Below the pieces are notes generated by a model. That model saw nothing but the letters and a program-made list of their open reading frames with translations, did not search any database and was not told where the DNA came from. A DNA stretch of 64,000 bases from an uncultured Bacteroidota bacterium. Its GTDB lineage: Bacteria > Bacteroidota > Bacteroidia > Bacteroidales > P3. The stretch covers positions 5,243 to 69,242 of the forward strand of contig CADBOG010000137.1 of assembly GCA_902796265.1 (NCBI GenBank). Direction: 5' to 3'. Positions 19,254 through 28,734 of the stretch are shown here, piece by piece. Every line of letters starts with the position of its first letter. The first letter of the stretch is position 1. Both the position numbers and the translations under genes were made by a program.

Positions 19254-21347
19254 TCAGCTAATACGTCCCCATGATAGGGCGCGTTTGTTTTTCATCAGAT
19301 GAATCTTAAGAGCACCATTGTCGGGGTTGTCGAGGTTGGGGTCATCTGTCAGGATTTCCTGTACACTCTCGCGTGCGGCACGGATGATGGGTTCATCGTT
19401 AACGATATCGGCAATCTTGAGTTGTAGGATGCCGCTCTGCTGAAGTCCTTGAAGATCGCCAGGACCTCGCAGTTTTAGGTCGGCTTCGGCTATGCGGAAA
19501 CCATCGGTTGTATCAACCATAGTTTTGATTCGTTCACGTCCGTTGTTGGTGAGTTTGTTGCTTGTCATAAGAATGCAGTACGACTGTTCGCCACCACGCC
19601 CCACACGTCCACGCAGCTGGTGAAGCTGAGAAAGTCCAAAGCGTTCGGCGTTTTCTATGACCATCACGGTGGCATTGGGGACATCTACACCAACTTCAAT
19701 CACGGTGGTACTCACCATGATATGCGTCTCTCCACGTTTGAAACGCCCCATTTCATAATCTTTGGCATCGGCATCCATGCGGCCGTGAACAATACTAATC
19801 TGATAATCAGGAAGAGGAAACTCACGCACGATGCTCTCGTATCCGTCCATGAGGTCTTTGAGGTCCATTGTTTCCGACTCCTCGATAAGAGGGTAAACAA
19901 CATAAACCTGTCGTCCTCGAGCAATCTCGCGATGCATGAAGCTGAATACTTTAAGACGTTGTGAATCTGTGCAATGCAAAGTCTTAATCTCTTTGCGACC
20001 AGGAGGCAACTCGTCGATAATGGAGCAGTCGAGGTCGCCGTAGAGGGTCATTGCCAGCGTGCGGGGTATTGGAGTTGCCGTCATGACGAGGACGTGAGGC
20101 GGCTGTTTGCTTTTTGTCCAAAGTTTGGAACGCTGCTCGACGCCAAAACGATGCTGCTCGTCGATTACGACAAAGCCCAAGTTGCTGAATTCCACATCTT
20201 TCTCGATGAGTGCGTGTGTGCCGATAAGGATATCAATCTCACCTTGTTTGAGGCGTTCTTTCACTTTGCGTTTTGCCGCTGCTTTGAGAGAACCAGTCAG
20301 GAGTTCGACCGAAATGCCCAAGCCATCAAGCATTTTGCTTATGTTGGCGAAGTGCTGATTGGCAAGAATTTCGGTAGGAGCCATCATGCAAGCTTGGCAG
20401 CCGTTGTCGAGAGCTATGAGCATGCATAGAAGTGCCACGAGAGTTTTGCCGCTTCCGACATCGCCCTGAAGGAGACGGTTCATCTGATGGCCGCTACGCA
20501 TATCGGCACGAATCTCTTTGACCACACGTTTCTGAGCTCCAGTGAGTTCGAAGGGTAGTTTCTCGTTGTAGAACCGATTAAAATGTTCGCCAACGACGGT
20601 GAACAAGTAACCGTTGGTGCGGATTTGGCGTTCATGTTTAGCGTACTGATAGTCAAGCTGGAGGAAGAAAAGTTCCTCAAACTTCATACGCTGCATAGAG
20701 AGAGTGATGTCGTGAGGTCGGGTAGGGTAGTGGATTACCTCTATGGCGTTGGCGCGAGAGGGAAGGTTGTATTTGCGGATAAGAGAAGCCGGAAGGTTCT
20801 CGGGGATATTGCCAGCCACCATGCGGAGCAACTGCTCGGTAAGGCGTGCGATGCCTTTAGTGTTCAATCCCTTGGATTTCAGTTTCTCGGTAGAGGAATA
20901 GATGGGAATATATTTAAGGTTGGATTTGGTATCGCTGTCGGCACGGTCGAGGTCGGGATGGGCTATATTGATACGACCGTTGAATATAGAAGGTTTGCCC
21001 ATGACGATATAATCAACGTCAGGTTTCAAGCTATCCTTAATCCATTTAATGCCTTGAAACCAAACAAGTTCAATCTGTCCTGTATCGTCGCTGAGCAGAG
21101 CCGTGAGGCGCATCGAGCGGCCTTCGCCGACGGTGTGCATATCGTGGATTTTACCGCGAAGGACGACATAAGGCTCGTCGATGTCGAGGTCGCGGATAGG
21201 AGATATCTTTGAGCGATCGACGTAGCGGTAGGGGAAATATTCCAATAGGTCGCCATAGGTATAGATGTCCAACTCGCGTTGCAGAAGAGCCGCGCGAGCA
21301 GGACCTACGCCTTTAAGGAATTCTATGGGAGTATCGAGAAACAACAT
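19254..21347 (-). CDS. recG: ATP-dependent DNA helicase RecG
   Basis: 697 aa. Wedge domain plus SF2 helicase motifs LLQGDVGSGKT, VIDEQHRFG, TATPIPRT and QLHQLRGRVGRG. Confidence 0.97.
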   Translation of the reverse strand: MLFLDTPIEFLKGVGPARAALLQRELDIYTYGDLLEYFPYRYVDRSKISPIRDLDIDEPYVVLRGKIHDMHTVGEGRSMRLTALLSDDTGQIELVWFQGIKWIKDSLKPDVDYIVMGKPSIFNGRINIAHPDLDRADSDTKSNLKYIPIYSSTEKLKSKGLNTKGIARLTEQLLRMVAGNIPENLPASLIRKYNLPSRANAIEVIHYPTRPHDITLSMQRMKFEELFFLQLDYQYAKHERQIRTNGYLFTVVGEHFNRFYNEKLPFELTGAQKRVVKEIRADMRSGHQMNRLLQGDVGSGKTLVALLCMLIALDNGCQACMMAPTEILANQHFANISKMLDGLGISVELLTGSLKAAAKRKVKERLKQGEIDILIGTHALIEKDVEFSNLGFVVIDEQHRFGVEQRSKLWTKSKQPPHVLVMTATPIPRTLAMTLYGDLDCSIIDELPPGRKEIKTLHCTDSQRLKVFSFMHREIARGRQVYVVYPLIEESETMDLKDLMDGYESIVREFPLPDYQISIVHGRMDADAKDYEMGRFKRGETHIMVSTTVIEVGVDVPNATVMVIENAERFGLSQLHQLRGRVGRGGEQSYCILMTSNKLTNNGRERIKTMVDTTDGFRIAEADLKLRGPGDLQGLQQSGILQLKIADIVNDEPIIRAARESVQEILTDDPNLDNPDNGALKIHLMKNKRALSWGRIS

Positions 21348-21353
21348 GATGCA

Positions 21354-21797
21354 TCATGCAATCCATTGGGAAACGTCATGTCCGAAAGCGGCAAGTTCGC
21401 GTACCATCGTGCTGCTGATGACGGCATTCTTAGGGTCGGCAAGAAGGATGACAGTTTCGATGTCGGGAGCAACTTGCCGGTTGATGTCGGCAATCTTGCG
21501 CTCATATTCGAAATCGGCATTGTCGCGTACGCCGCGAAGGATGAACTTGGCACCTTTCTCGCGGCAAAAGTCGGTTGTCAGGCATTTGTAGGAGCAGACC
21601 TCAACTTGAGGCATATCCTTGACAGCGAGACGGATGGAAGCCAAACGTTCATCAAGCGGTTGAAAGCAATGCTTGTCGGTATTGATGCCGACAGCGACAA
21701 TTATTCTGTCGAAAAGAGAGACAGCTCTTTGCAGAAGAGCCAGATGGCCGATGGTCATAGGGTCGAACGACCCAGGGAAAACAGCTATGCGGTTCAC
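21354..21797 (-). CDS. coaD: Pantetheine-phosphate adenylyltransferase
   Basis: RIAVFPGSFDPMTIGHLALLQRA (the T/HxGH motif) and ISSTMVRE. Confidence 0.96.
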   Translation of the reverse strand: MNRIAVFPGSFDPMTIGHLALLQRAVSLFDRIIVAVGINTDKHCFQPLDERLASIRLAVKDMPQVEVCSYKCLTTDFCREKGAKFILRGVRDNADFEYERKIADINRQVAPDIETVILLADPKNAVISSTMVRELAAFGHDVSQWIA

Positions 21798-21799
21798 TG

Positions 21800-22576
21800 T
21801 TATCTGCGTTTTTTATGTTTCTTGGAGTGCGATTTGCTTGGTATGTGTTTGGTTCTGTGTCCGTCCTCTCCGAATACGTAGAGGACGCGGAAAGAGATGA
21901 AGTAGTTGTAGCAGTTGTTTGTCCAATGTTTGGGTTGGGAGGAAGCTGTGGATGGGTATGAGGTGAAGCCCCAGTTATTCTTTACGGGCAGGAGAGAGTG
22001 TTGAAGTCGGAAGTTGAGTGTGAGTCCTTTCCAGATGGGGAAACGGACGTCGAGTGCGGCAGAGAAGTCGTTTTTGAGGAACGACATATCGCTGGTATCA
22101 GGAATGAAGTAGTTTGGGGTATAGTATAACATGCCGTGTGGTTGCTGAACGAGTCTTGCGTAGACAAGACCGGCGCCAACCGTGATGCCGCCATAAGGGT
22201 CGGTAAAGTGGATGGTGAGAGGTATGTCGACATAATTCATCGTGAAGTCAAGCAGACGGTAGGGGTCGTGAGTTTTGTTTTGTGCGCCTCGTTGAGAGAA
22301 GTCGGCTTCGATGGAGGCATGCCACATATTGTCTCTGTCGAGCGATAGCATAGCGCCTACGCCAGCAGTAATTCCCCATTTCTTGAATCCACGAAGTTCG
22401 TCGCCTTCCATCTGAGCACCTGTTGTGCCGAAGGCGGGATAAGCCTTGAAGACCTGACGACCGCGATTTCGCCCACGTTGAGCTTGTAAGTCGCTGCCGA
22501 TGAGCAGCATAGTTATCAGAAAAAGGATTGGATATTTAAAGTGTGATATAGGTTTTAACATCGGGTTTCTATACAT
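21800..22576 (-). CDS. Outer-membrane beta-barrel (porin-family / OMP_b-brl-like) protein with a polybasic C-terminal tail
   Basis: Signal ILFLITMLLIGSDLQAQ, alternating beta-strand pattern, the beta-signal-like segment ISFRVLYVF, then GEDGHRTKHIPSKSHSKKHKKRR. Confidence 0.7.
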   Translation of the reverse strand: MYRNPMLKPISHFKYPILFLITMLLIGSDLQAQRGRNRGRQVFKAYPAFGTTGAQMEGDELRGFKKWGITAGVGAMLSLDRDNMWHASIEADFSQRGAQNKTHDPYRLLDFTMNYVDIPLTIHFTDPYGGITVGAGLVYARLVQQPHGMLYYTPNYFIPDTSDMSFLKNDFSAALDVRFPIWKGLTLNFRLQHSLLPVKNNWGFTSYPSTASSQPKHWTNNCYNYFISFRVLYVFGEDGHRTKHIPSKSHSKKHKKRR

Positions 22577-22710
22577 TAATTAGATGCGTAACGAAGGTTG
22601 TGTGAAAAAATTGTGTCAGTTAGTTATATTTTCAGTTTTGGTGCAATAAAAAATATGTATTCCGTTATAAAAAAGAGGACGATTTAGAGGAGAGATTTAG
22701 GCTTATTTCC

Positions 22711-22750
22711 AAGTTAGACTTAAGTTAGAGTTAAGTTAGACTTAAGTAGG
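22711..22750. repeat. 11-bp tandem repeat AAGTTAGASTT x3.6, containing two perfect 8-bp palindromes ACTTAAGT spaced 22 bp apart
   Basis: Read directly: aagttagactt / aagttagagtt / aagttagactt / aagtagg. The palindromes lie at 22718-22725 and 22740-22747, in the divergent intergenic region between the OMP gene and dnaB. Confidence 0.9.
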
Positions 22751-22889
22751 ACCCGATAATTCTAATTTTTGATTTCCCGCGAGGGTGAAATTGGGGCATG
22801 AAAAGTGGAAATAAAAATGATTTTTTTTAGTGGCTTTCTGAGATACAATCTTGTTAGTAACTTTTTTTCGGTATATCGAAAAAATGTAG

Positions 22890-22897
22890 TATTTTTG
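22890..22897 (+). promoter_or_regulatory. Bacteroidetes -7 promoter box (TATTTTTG) immediately upstream of dnaB
   Basis: Exact TAnnTTTG match ending 4 nt before the dnaB ATG (22902). Confidence 0.45.
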
Positions 22898-22901
22898 CAG
22901 C

Positions 22902-24440
22902 ATGGAAACGATACAAAGAAATAATACAAAACGAAAGGAAAGAATAAGTTACGAACAGGCTTTTTCGCTGAATGGGAAAACTCCACCTCAAGCACTAGAG
23001 CTTGAGGAAGCTGTGTTGGGCGCTTTGATGATTGACCAAAACGCCTTGAACAACACTATACAGATGCTCAGGACGGAATACTTTTATAAGCCTGAACATC
23101 AGTTGATTTTCAAGACAATCTTGACCCTTTTCGAGCAGTCGAAGCCCATAGATATCCTCACCGTTACTCAGCAGCTCATAAAGGAAGGACAACTCGAGGC
23201 GGTAGGTGGTGCGATGTACCTTTCGCAGCTCACCACTAGAGTTGTGTCGGCAGCACATATAGAGTTCCACTCGCGCATCATCTCAGAGAAATATATCCAA
23301 AGAGAAATTATCCGCGTATGTACCGAAACACTCTCGAGAGCATACGACGAGACAACCGATGTGCTTGATTTGCTTGACAGTACTGAGCGCACGCTGATGG
23401 ACATCGACGAGAAGAATTTCCATTCAGAATACCGCAACATGCAGGATGTGCTCTCAAGTGCCTTCCAGCAAATCGAGGAGGCACAAAGCAACGAGAGCTC
23501 CTATAGCGGTATACCGACTGGATTTGTGGAACTTGACCGCATGACTGCTGGTTTCCAATCGGGTACGCTTATCATTCTTGCTGCGCGCCCCGCTATGGGT
23601 AAGACCGCATTTGCACTAACTATGGCTCGCAACATAGCCATCGACATGAAGCGACCTATAGCCTTCTTCTCACTAGAAATGACTGCCGTAGAGCTTGTTA
23701 TGCGACTTATCAGCAGCGAATCGGGCATCTCGGGCGACCGCCTGAAGAAAGGCGAAAAGCTTCCCGACCACGAGAAAGCACAACTCTATGCCAAAACCCA
23801 AGCATTGGCAGAAGCACCTATATATATAGATGATACCCCACAGCTTTCAATCTTTGAGCTTCGTGCCAAATGCCGTCGATTGAAGCAGCAGCACCATATT
23901 GAGATGATTTTCATCGACTATTTGCAGCTTATGCAGGGAGGCAGCGATATGACCCGCAACGGCAACCGCGAGCAGGAAATCAGCATGATATCGCGTCAGC
24001 TCAAGGCACTCTCGAAGGAACTAGGAGTTCCCGTCTTGGCACTCTCGCAGCTCTCGCGTGCCGTCGAAACGCGTGGCGGCTCCAAGAAGCCCCAGCTTTC
24101 GGACCTTCGCGAATCGGGTGCTATAGAGCAGGATGCCGATATTGTCATGTTTATCTATCGTCCTGAATACTATCAGATTTACGAAGACGACAACGGCTCA
24201 ACTCTTGGAATGGCCGACATTATTCTCGCCAAGCATCGTAGCGGAGAAGTGGGCGATGTGCGACTCAAGTTCATTAAGCAATTTGCAAAATTCGAGAACC
24301 GAGATGAGGCGCTCGGATACACAATGTCGTCAGGACTTGCCCCCAACGACAATTTTGACAATCAAGGTGCTAACGCCATCACTATCGACTCGAAGATGAA
24401 CTATGACAATCCCGATGCCGAGAATGAGGAAATGTTCTAA
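22902..24440 (+). CDS. dnaB: Replicative DNA helicase DnaB
   Basis: 512 aa. PPQALELEEAVLGALMID in the N-terminal domain, Walker A LAARPAMGKTAF, and the segments IFIDYLQLM and ALSQLSRAVETRGG. Confidence 0.97.
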   Translation: METIQRNNTKRKERISYEQAFSLNGKTPPQALELEEAVLGALMIDQNALNNTIQMLRTEYFYKPEHQLIFKTILTLFEQSKPIDILTVTQQLIKEGQLEAVGGAMYLSQLTTRVVSAAHIEFHSRIISEKYIQREIIRVCTETLSRAYDETTDVLDLLDSTERTLMDIDEKNFHSEYRNMQDVLSSAFQQIEEAQSNESSYSGIPTGFVELDRMTAGFQSGTLIILAARPAMGKTAFALTMARNIAIDMKRPIAFFSLEMTAVELVMRLISSESGISGDRLKKGEKLPDHEKAQLYAKTQALAEAPIYIDDTPQLSIFELRAKCRRLKQQHHIEMIFIDYLQLMQGGSDMTRNGNREQEISMISRQLKALSKELGVPVLALSQLSRAVETRGGSKKPQLSDLRESGAIEQDADIVMFIYRPEYYQIYEDDNGSTLGMADIILAKHRSGEVGDVRLKFIKQFAKFENRDEALGYTMSSGLAPNDNFDNQGANAITIDSKMNYDNPDAENEEMF

Positions 24441-24541
24441 AATAGGAATAGGGGCATCGATAACAATGCTGAAGAAAAACTTTATATTTAAGTAGCTAAC
24501 TACATATTGAAGAAGTGATTGTTGAACGAAAAACAGAGAAT

Positions 24542-25570
24542 ATGAAACAATACTATTTTTTACTATCCATATTAACACTAGCCCTTCTCACTTCATGTGG
24601 TGGAAGAAAGAAGAAAGCCTCTGGGTGGAGCGAGGTCATCAAGGTAGAAGTCCTTGTGGTAACTGATGGTACAAGCCAAAGCCATCGTGATTATGTGGGC
24701 GATTTGGGTTCAGAGGCCGAAGTGGATTTGAGTTTTCCGCTTGGTGGAACGCTCACCAATGTGTCGGCTCGCAATGGTCAACGTGTAAAGAAAGGCCAAA
24801 TAATAGCCGAGATAGATGGAACCACAGCCAAAAGTTTGCACAACACAGCAATGGCATCACTTCGCCAAGCAGAAGATGCATACAACCGACTGCAAAAGGT
24901 TCATGATGAGGGCGGTATCAGCGACGTGAGATGGATTCAGATGGCCACCGACTTGGAGAAAGCTCGTCAATCAGAGATAGCTGCCCGTCAGAGATTGGAG
25001 CAATCGGTGATTCGCGCCCCATTCGATGGCATAATATCATGCCCCAATCGTCATGTGGGTGAGGACCTCAAACCGATGGAGTCGTTTGGAAAACTCATCG
25101 ACCTAAGCAAAATGCGTGTCGGATTTTCGGTTCCTGAGCGAGAGGTAGGATTGCTTACTGTCGGAGCAGATGCACAAGCGACGATACCCTCACTTGGCGA
25201 CAGAGAATTGAGGTTGCGGATAAGCGACAAGAGTCTCATAGCAAATCCTATGGGACATACATATAAGGTATATGGTACTATTGTAGACGGAAAGAAAGAT
25301 GGCCTTCTACCCGATATGGTGGCAAAGGTGCATGTCGATATCCAAGGCATTGATGGCATAATAGTACCCACAGAGTGTGTGCAGACAATGCCAGAGGGTA
25401 CGATAGTGTGGGTTGTGACGGATGGTCGTGCATACCATAGGTTGGTGACAGTCAGCGATTTTGTTCGCAGAGGAGTAATGATTGAATCTGGGTTAAAAGC
25501 AGGCGACACAGTAATCGTTGCAGGACAGCATAAACTATATACAGGAGCTAAGGTGGAAATCGAAAAATGA
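24542..25570 (+). CDS. Efflux RND transporter periplasmic adaptor (membrane fusion protein, HlyD_D23 type), lipoprotein
   Basis: Lipoprotein signal MKQYYFLLSILTLALLTSCGG. It has a barrel-sandwich/coiled-coil layout and is followed by RND pump and TolC genes. The track start at 24515 is GTG, so I prefer the ATG at 24542. Confidence 0.88.
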   Translation: MKQYYFLLSILTLALLTSCGGRKKKASGWSEVIKVEVLVVTDGTSQSHRDYVGDLGSEAEVDLSFPLGGTLTNVSARNGQRVKKGQIIAEIDGTTAKSLHNTAMASLRQAEDAYNRLQKVHDEGGISDVRWIQMATDLEKARQSEIAARQRLEQSVIRAPFDGIISCPNRHVGEDLKPMESFGKLIDLSKMRVGFSVPEREVGLLTVGADAQATIPSLGDRELRLRISDKSLIANPMGHTYKVYGTIVDGKKDGLLPDMVAKVHVDIQGIDGIIVPTECVQTMPEGTIVWVVTDGRAYHRLVTVSDFVRRGVMIESGLKAGDTVIVAGQHKLYTGAKVEIEK

Positions 25571-25619
25571 GAAAAGAAGTCAACTGGATGCAGTAGTAAA
25601 CTAAAAATGAGAAAAGAGT

Positions 25620-28600
25620 ATGCCTAGGAGAGTAAACATGATAGAAGGGGCGATGCGTAGTTTTCCGCTGCTGGCGCTTAGCATCATAGTGGTAATCGCT
25701 ATTGGCATCTATGCTTTGCCTCACCTCAATAAGAATGAATTTCCCGATGTTACTATACGTCAGGGGGTTGTGGCTGTGGTTTATCCAGGAGCCACAGCAG
25801 AAGAAATAGAAGAACAGGTGGCTAGCAAAGTGGAGAATTATCTCTTCACATTCAACGATGTCGACAAAACAAAGACCTACTCCTATAGCCGAAATGGAAT
25901 GCTGTATGTCTTTGTGTCGTTGGTGCATTCAAAGAACGACTCAAAGATAACATGGTCACAGATACGCGAAGGACTTGCGCTTTTCCGTCTTACAGATTTG
26001 CCGCAAGGAGTTGCAGCAACTGCCGTTGTAGACGATTTCGGTAATTCATCATCACTATTGTTGGCAATAGAAAGTGCCGAACGCTCGCCACGGGAACTTG
26101 AAGATTTGGCTAACAGGATGTCGACACGATTGCGCAGCATCCCAGAGTTGGGCAAGATAAGTTTTGTTGGAGATCAGAACGAGGAGATAGCCGTCCATAT
26201 GGATCCCGTAAAATTGACCCAATATGCCGTGTCGCCACAGATGATTTCTGCAGAATTGGCAGCACAGGGATTCCGAACCATTTCGGGTCATCTTGCCAGC
26301 GATAGTGGTAATGCATTGGTTCATGTGTCGATACCATACGGAAGCCTATATGACTTGAGTGAGCTTGTCATCTTCTCTGACCCAATCACTGGTCAGACGT
26401 TGCGACTTCGCGATGTGGCAAGAATAGAGACACATTACCCTGAGCATGAGCCACATATCAAATACAGCGACTCTGCGGCGGATAACAACCGATGCATAAT
26501 GCTTTCGCTAGAGATGAGAACTGGCAACAATATTGTTGAGTTTGGCAACAAAGTGGAGAAAATCATATCCGAATTTGAGCATAAGCTCACTCCTGATATC
26601 CACATCCACCGCATAACCGACCAGCCAGTAGTTGTTGACAGCTCAGTTAAATCGTTTCTCAGAGACCTGATAGAGGCTATCCTTGTGGTAATTATAGTGA
26701 TGCTGATGCTCTTCCCGCTGAAGACCGCATTGGTGAGCTCCACTTCGGTTCCTATATGTATCGCGGCTACTATAGGCATTATGTATTTCATTGGTTTCGA
26801 GCTGAACACTGTGACACTTGCTGCACTCATTGTCGTATTGGGTATGATAGTTGATGACTCAGTAGTTGTAATTGATGGCTATTCCGACTTGTTGAAAATG
26901 GGACATTCGCGATGGTATTCAGCAGCTGTGTCAACGTCCAGATTATCAATTTCGATGCTTTTCGCCACAGCCTCCATCGCCTTGATGTTCTTCCCGGCGC
27001 TTGCCATTTTCGAAGGCGGCATTATGGGCGATTTTATAAGACTATTCCCATGGACAATACTTATTGCACTTGCATGCAGTTTCCTCTTTGCGGTGCTTGT
27101 CATCCCTTATCTTTCGGCACGACTGATTGGCAACAAGTTGGAGAAAACCAAATTCGAGATGCTGCAGGAGCGTTTCTTTGCAGGATTGCAGCGAGGTTAT
27201 AAAAAACTTCTCGACCTCTGTTTCCGACACAAGAAACTCACACTCATTGTAGGTGCAGCATCGGTAGTGGTTGGTTTGCTGCTATTCAATTTCCTCAATA
27301 TACAGATACTTCCCAAGGCGGAACGCGACAGCTTTGCCGTTGAGATACATCTGAATGCATCAGCTCCATTGAGCGAGACAGAAGCTATCAGCGACTCGTT
27401 GCAGAAGATTCTTTTGGCCGACCCACGTATCACAAGTGTCACATCATTCATAGGAATGTCGTCGCCACGTTTCCACATCTCATACGCACCGCAGCTGGCA
27501 AGTGACAACTATGCGCAGTTCATAGTCAAGACAACCGATGACAAAGCCACAAAGCAATTGATTAGTGAGTATTCACAGAAATTGGAGAATATCTTCCCTG
27601 TGGCACAGATAAGGTTCAAACAGCTTGACTACCAGATGACAAATGCACCAATAGAATTTTATCTTAAAGGTGATGACTACGACAAATTGGCATTGGTGCG
27701 CGACACTTTGCTCGGCATCATGAAGCGAGACTCTAATCTTCATTACGTCCATTCCGATTATGACGGCACAGAGGAGATAGTAGATGTGGTGCTACGCCCT
27801 GATATATCCAACCGTTTGGGTATCACACAATCAACACTCTCCGTTTATCTGAGCGGAGCCCTTTCCGGCACACGTCTTTCATCCATGTGGCAAGGAGGCT
27901 ACAATATACCTATCGCAGTGTATAGTGACGGCATAGAGATGGATTATGCATCGTTGGGCGACCTGCTGGTACCTTGTGTGCAGTTGGGTATGTGGGTGCC
28001 TCTGCGTCAAGTGGCAGACATCAAGCCCATGTTCCATCACGACAATATGCCGCACCGTAATGGAGAACGCTGTATAACAGTTTCTTCCGATGTTAGGCCC
28101 GGAGTTGGCCAACTGAAGGAGCAAGTAGCCATTGGACGCCAACTTGATGATATACAGATGCCCGAAGGTGTCAGCTGGGATTATGGAGGAACTGTTGCTT
28201 TCTCGCAGTTGATTCTTCCCGACTTAATTATGGCAATCATTGCCGCTATATGCGTGATGTTCTTGGTGTTGATAATCCACTACGGCAAGATAGGCATATC
28301 GCTGCTTTCCATATCAATGGCGTTGCTTTGTGTCTTCGGATCCACATTCGGTTTGTGGCTTTTCGACCTCGATTTCTCCATTACCGTGACTTTGGGGATA
28401 ATATCGCTGGTAGGCATAATTGTGCGCAACGCTATAATAATGTATGATTACGTTTCCGAACTTCGCACGAAAGAACACATGTCGATAAGCGAAGCCGCAT
28501 ATAATGCCGGATTGCGACGCATGCGCCCCATCTTCTTAACCTCAGCCACCACGGCTCTTGGCGTTATCCCCATGATAACGGCAGGAACGCTGCTTTGGAA

Positions 28601-28730
28601 GCCCATGGGTGTAGTCGTATGCTTTGGTACACTCTTCACTCTTCCGCTAGTCATTACTATCCTTCCCGTTGCCTATTGTGTTGTATTTGAAAAGAAAGAT
28701 CGAGGCAACCATAGACCTATAAAATTCTAA
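25620..28730 (+). CDS. Efflux RND transporter permease (AcrB/AcrD/AcrF family)
   Basis: 1036 aa with a 12-TM layout and two large periplasmic loops. Typical segments include VVLGMIVDDSVVVIDG and GIISLVGIIVRNAIIM. Confidence 0.93.
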   Translation: MPRRVNMIEGAMRSFPLLALSIIVVIAIGIYALPHLNKNEFPDVTIRQGVVAVVYPGATAEEIEEQVASKVENYLFTFNDVDKTKTYSYSRNGMLYVFVSLVHSKNDSKITWSQIREGLALFRLTDLPQGVAATAVVDDFGNSSSLLLAIESAERSPRELEDLANRMSTRLRSIPELGKISFVGDQNEEIAVHMDPVKLTQYAVSPQMISAELAAQGFRTISGHLASDSGNALVHVSIPYGSLYDLSELVIFSDPITGQTLRLRDVARIETHYPEHEPHIKYSDSAADNNRCIMLSLEMRTGNNIVEFGNKVEKIISEFEHKLTPDIHIHRITDQPVVVDSSVKSFLRDLIEAILVVIIVMLMLFPLKTALVSSTSVPICIAATIGIMYFIGFELNTVTLAALIVVLGMIVDDSVVVIDGYSDLLKMGHSRWYSAAVSTSRLSISMLFATASIALMFFPALAIFEGGIMGDFIRLFPWTILIALACSFLFAVLVIPYLSARLIGNKLEKTKFEMLQERFFAGLQRGYKKLLDLCFRHKKLTLIVGAASVVVGLLLFNFLNIQILPKAERDSFAVEIHLNASAPLSETEAISDSLQKILLADPRITSVTSFIGMSSPRFHISYAPQLASDNYAQFIVKTTDDKATKQLISEYSQKLENIFPVAQIRFKQLDYQMTNAPIEFYLKGDDYDKLALVRDTLLGIMKRDSNLHYVHSDYDGTEEIVDVVLRPDISNRLGITQSTLSVYLSGALSGTRLSSMWQGGYNIPIAVYSDGIEMDYASLGDLLVPCVQLGMWVPLRQVADIKPMFHHDNMPHRNGERCITVSSDVRPGVGQLKEQVAIGRQLDDIQMPEGVSWDYGGTVAFSQLILPDLIMAIIAAICVMFLVLIIHYGKIGISLLSISMALLCVFGSTFGLWLFDLDFSITVTLGIISLVGIIVRNAIIMYDYVSELRTKEHMSISEAAYNAGLRRMRPIFLTSATTALGVIPMITAGTLLWKPMGVVVCFGTLFTLPLVITILPVAYCVVFEKKDRGNHRPIKF

Positions 28731-28734
28731 TCTT

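Noticed and set aside
20583-21212. 209-aa plus-strand ORF antisense to recG; similar cases at 19974-20429, 28647-29192, 48895-49404 and 15774-16265
   Set aside because: All are embedded in strongly supported genes on the other strand and lack motifs, so I treat them as codon-bias shadows.
22584-22649. 21-codon hydrophobic mini-ORF (MRNEGCVKKLCQLVIFSVLVQ) in the OMP/dnaB intergenic region
   Set aside because: It has no promoter box and I have no way to assess conservation. ORFs of this size are expected by chance in 325 bp of AT-rich DNA.
22577-22901. Possible replication origin at the minus-to-plus strand switch next to dnaB
   Set aside because: I found no DnaA-box cluster (TTATCCACA or one-mismatch variants) in the region. 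A second, convergent strand switch occurs only 25 kb away (47.6 kb), so gene orientation alone is not diagnostic. It needs a whole-replicon GC-skew analysis that I cannot run. The repeats themselves are reported as a finding.
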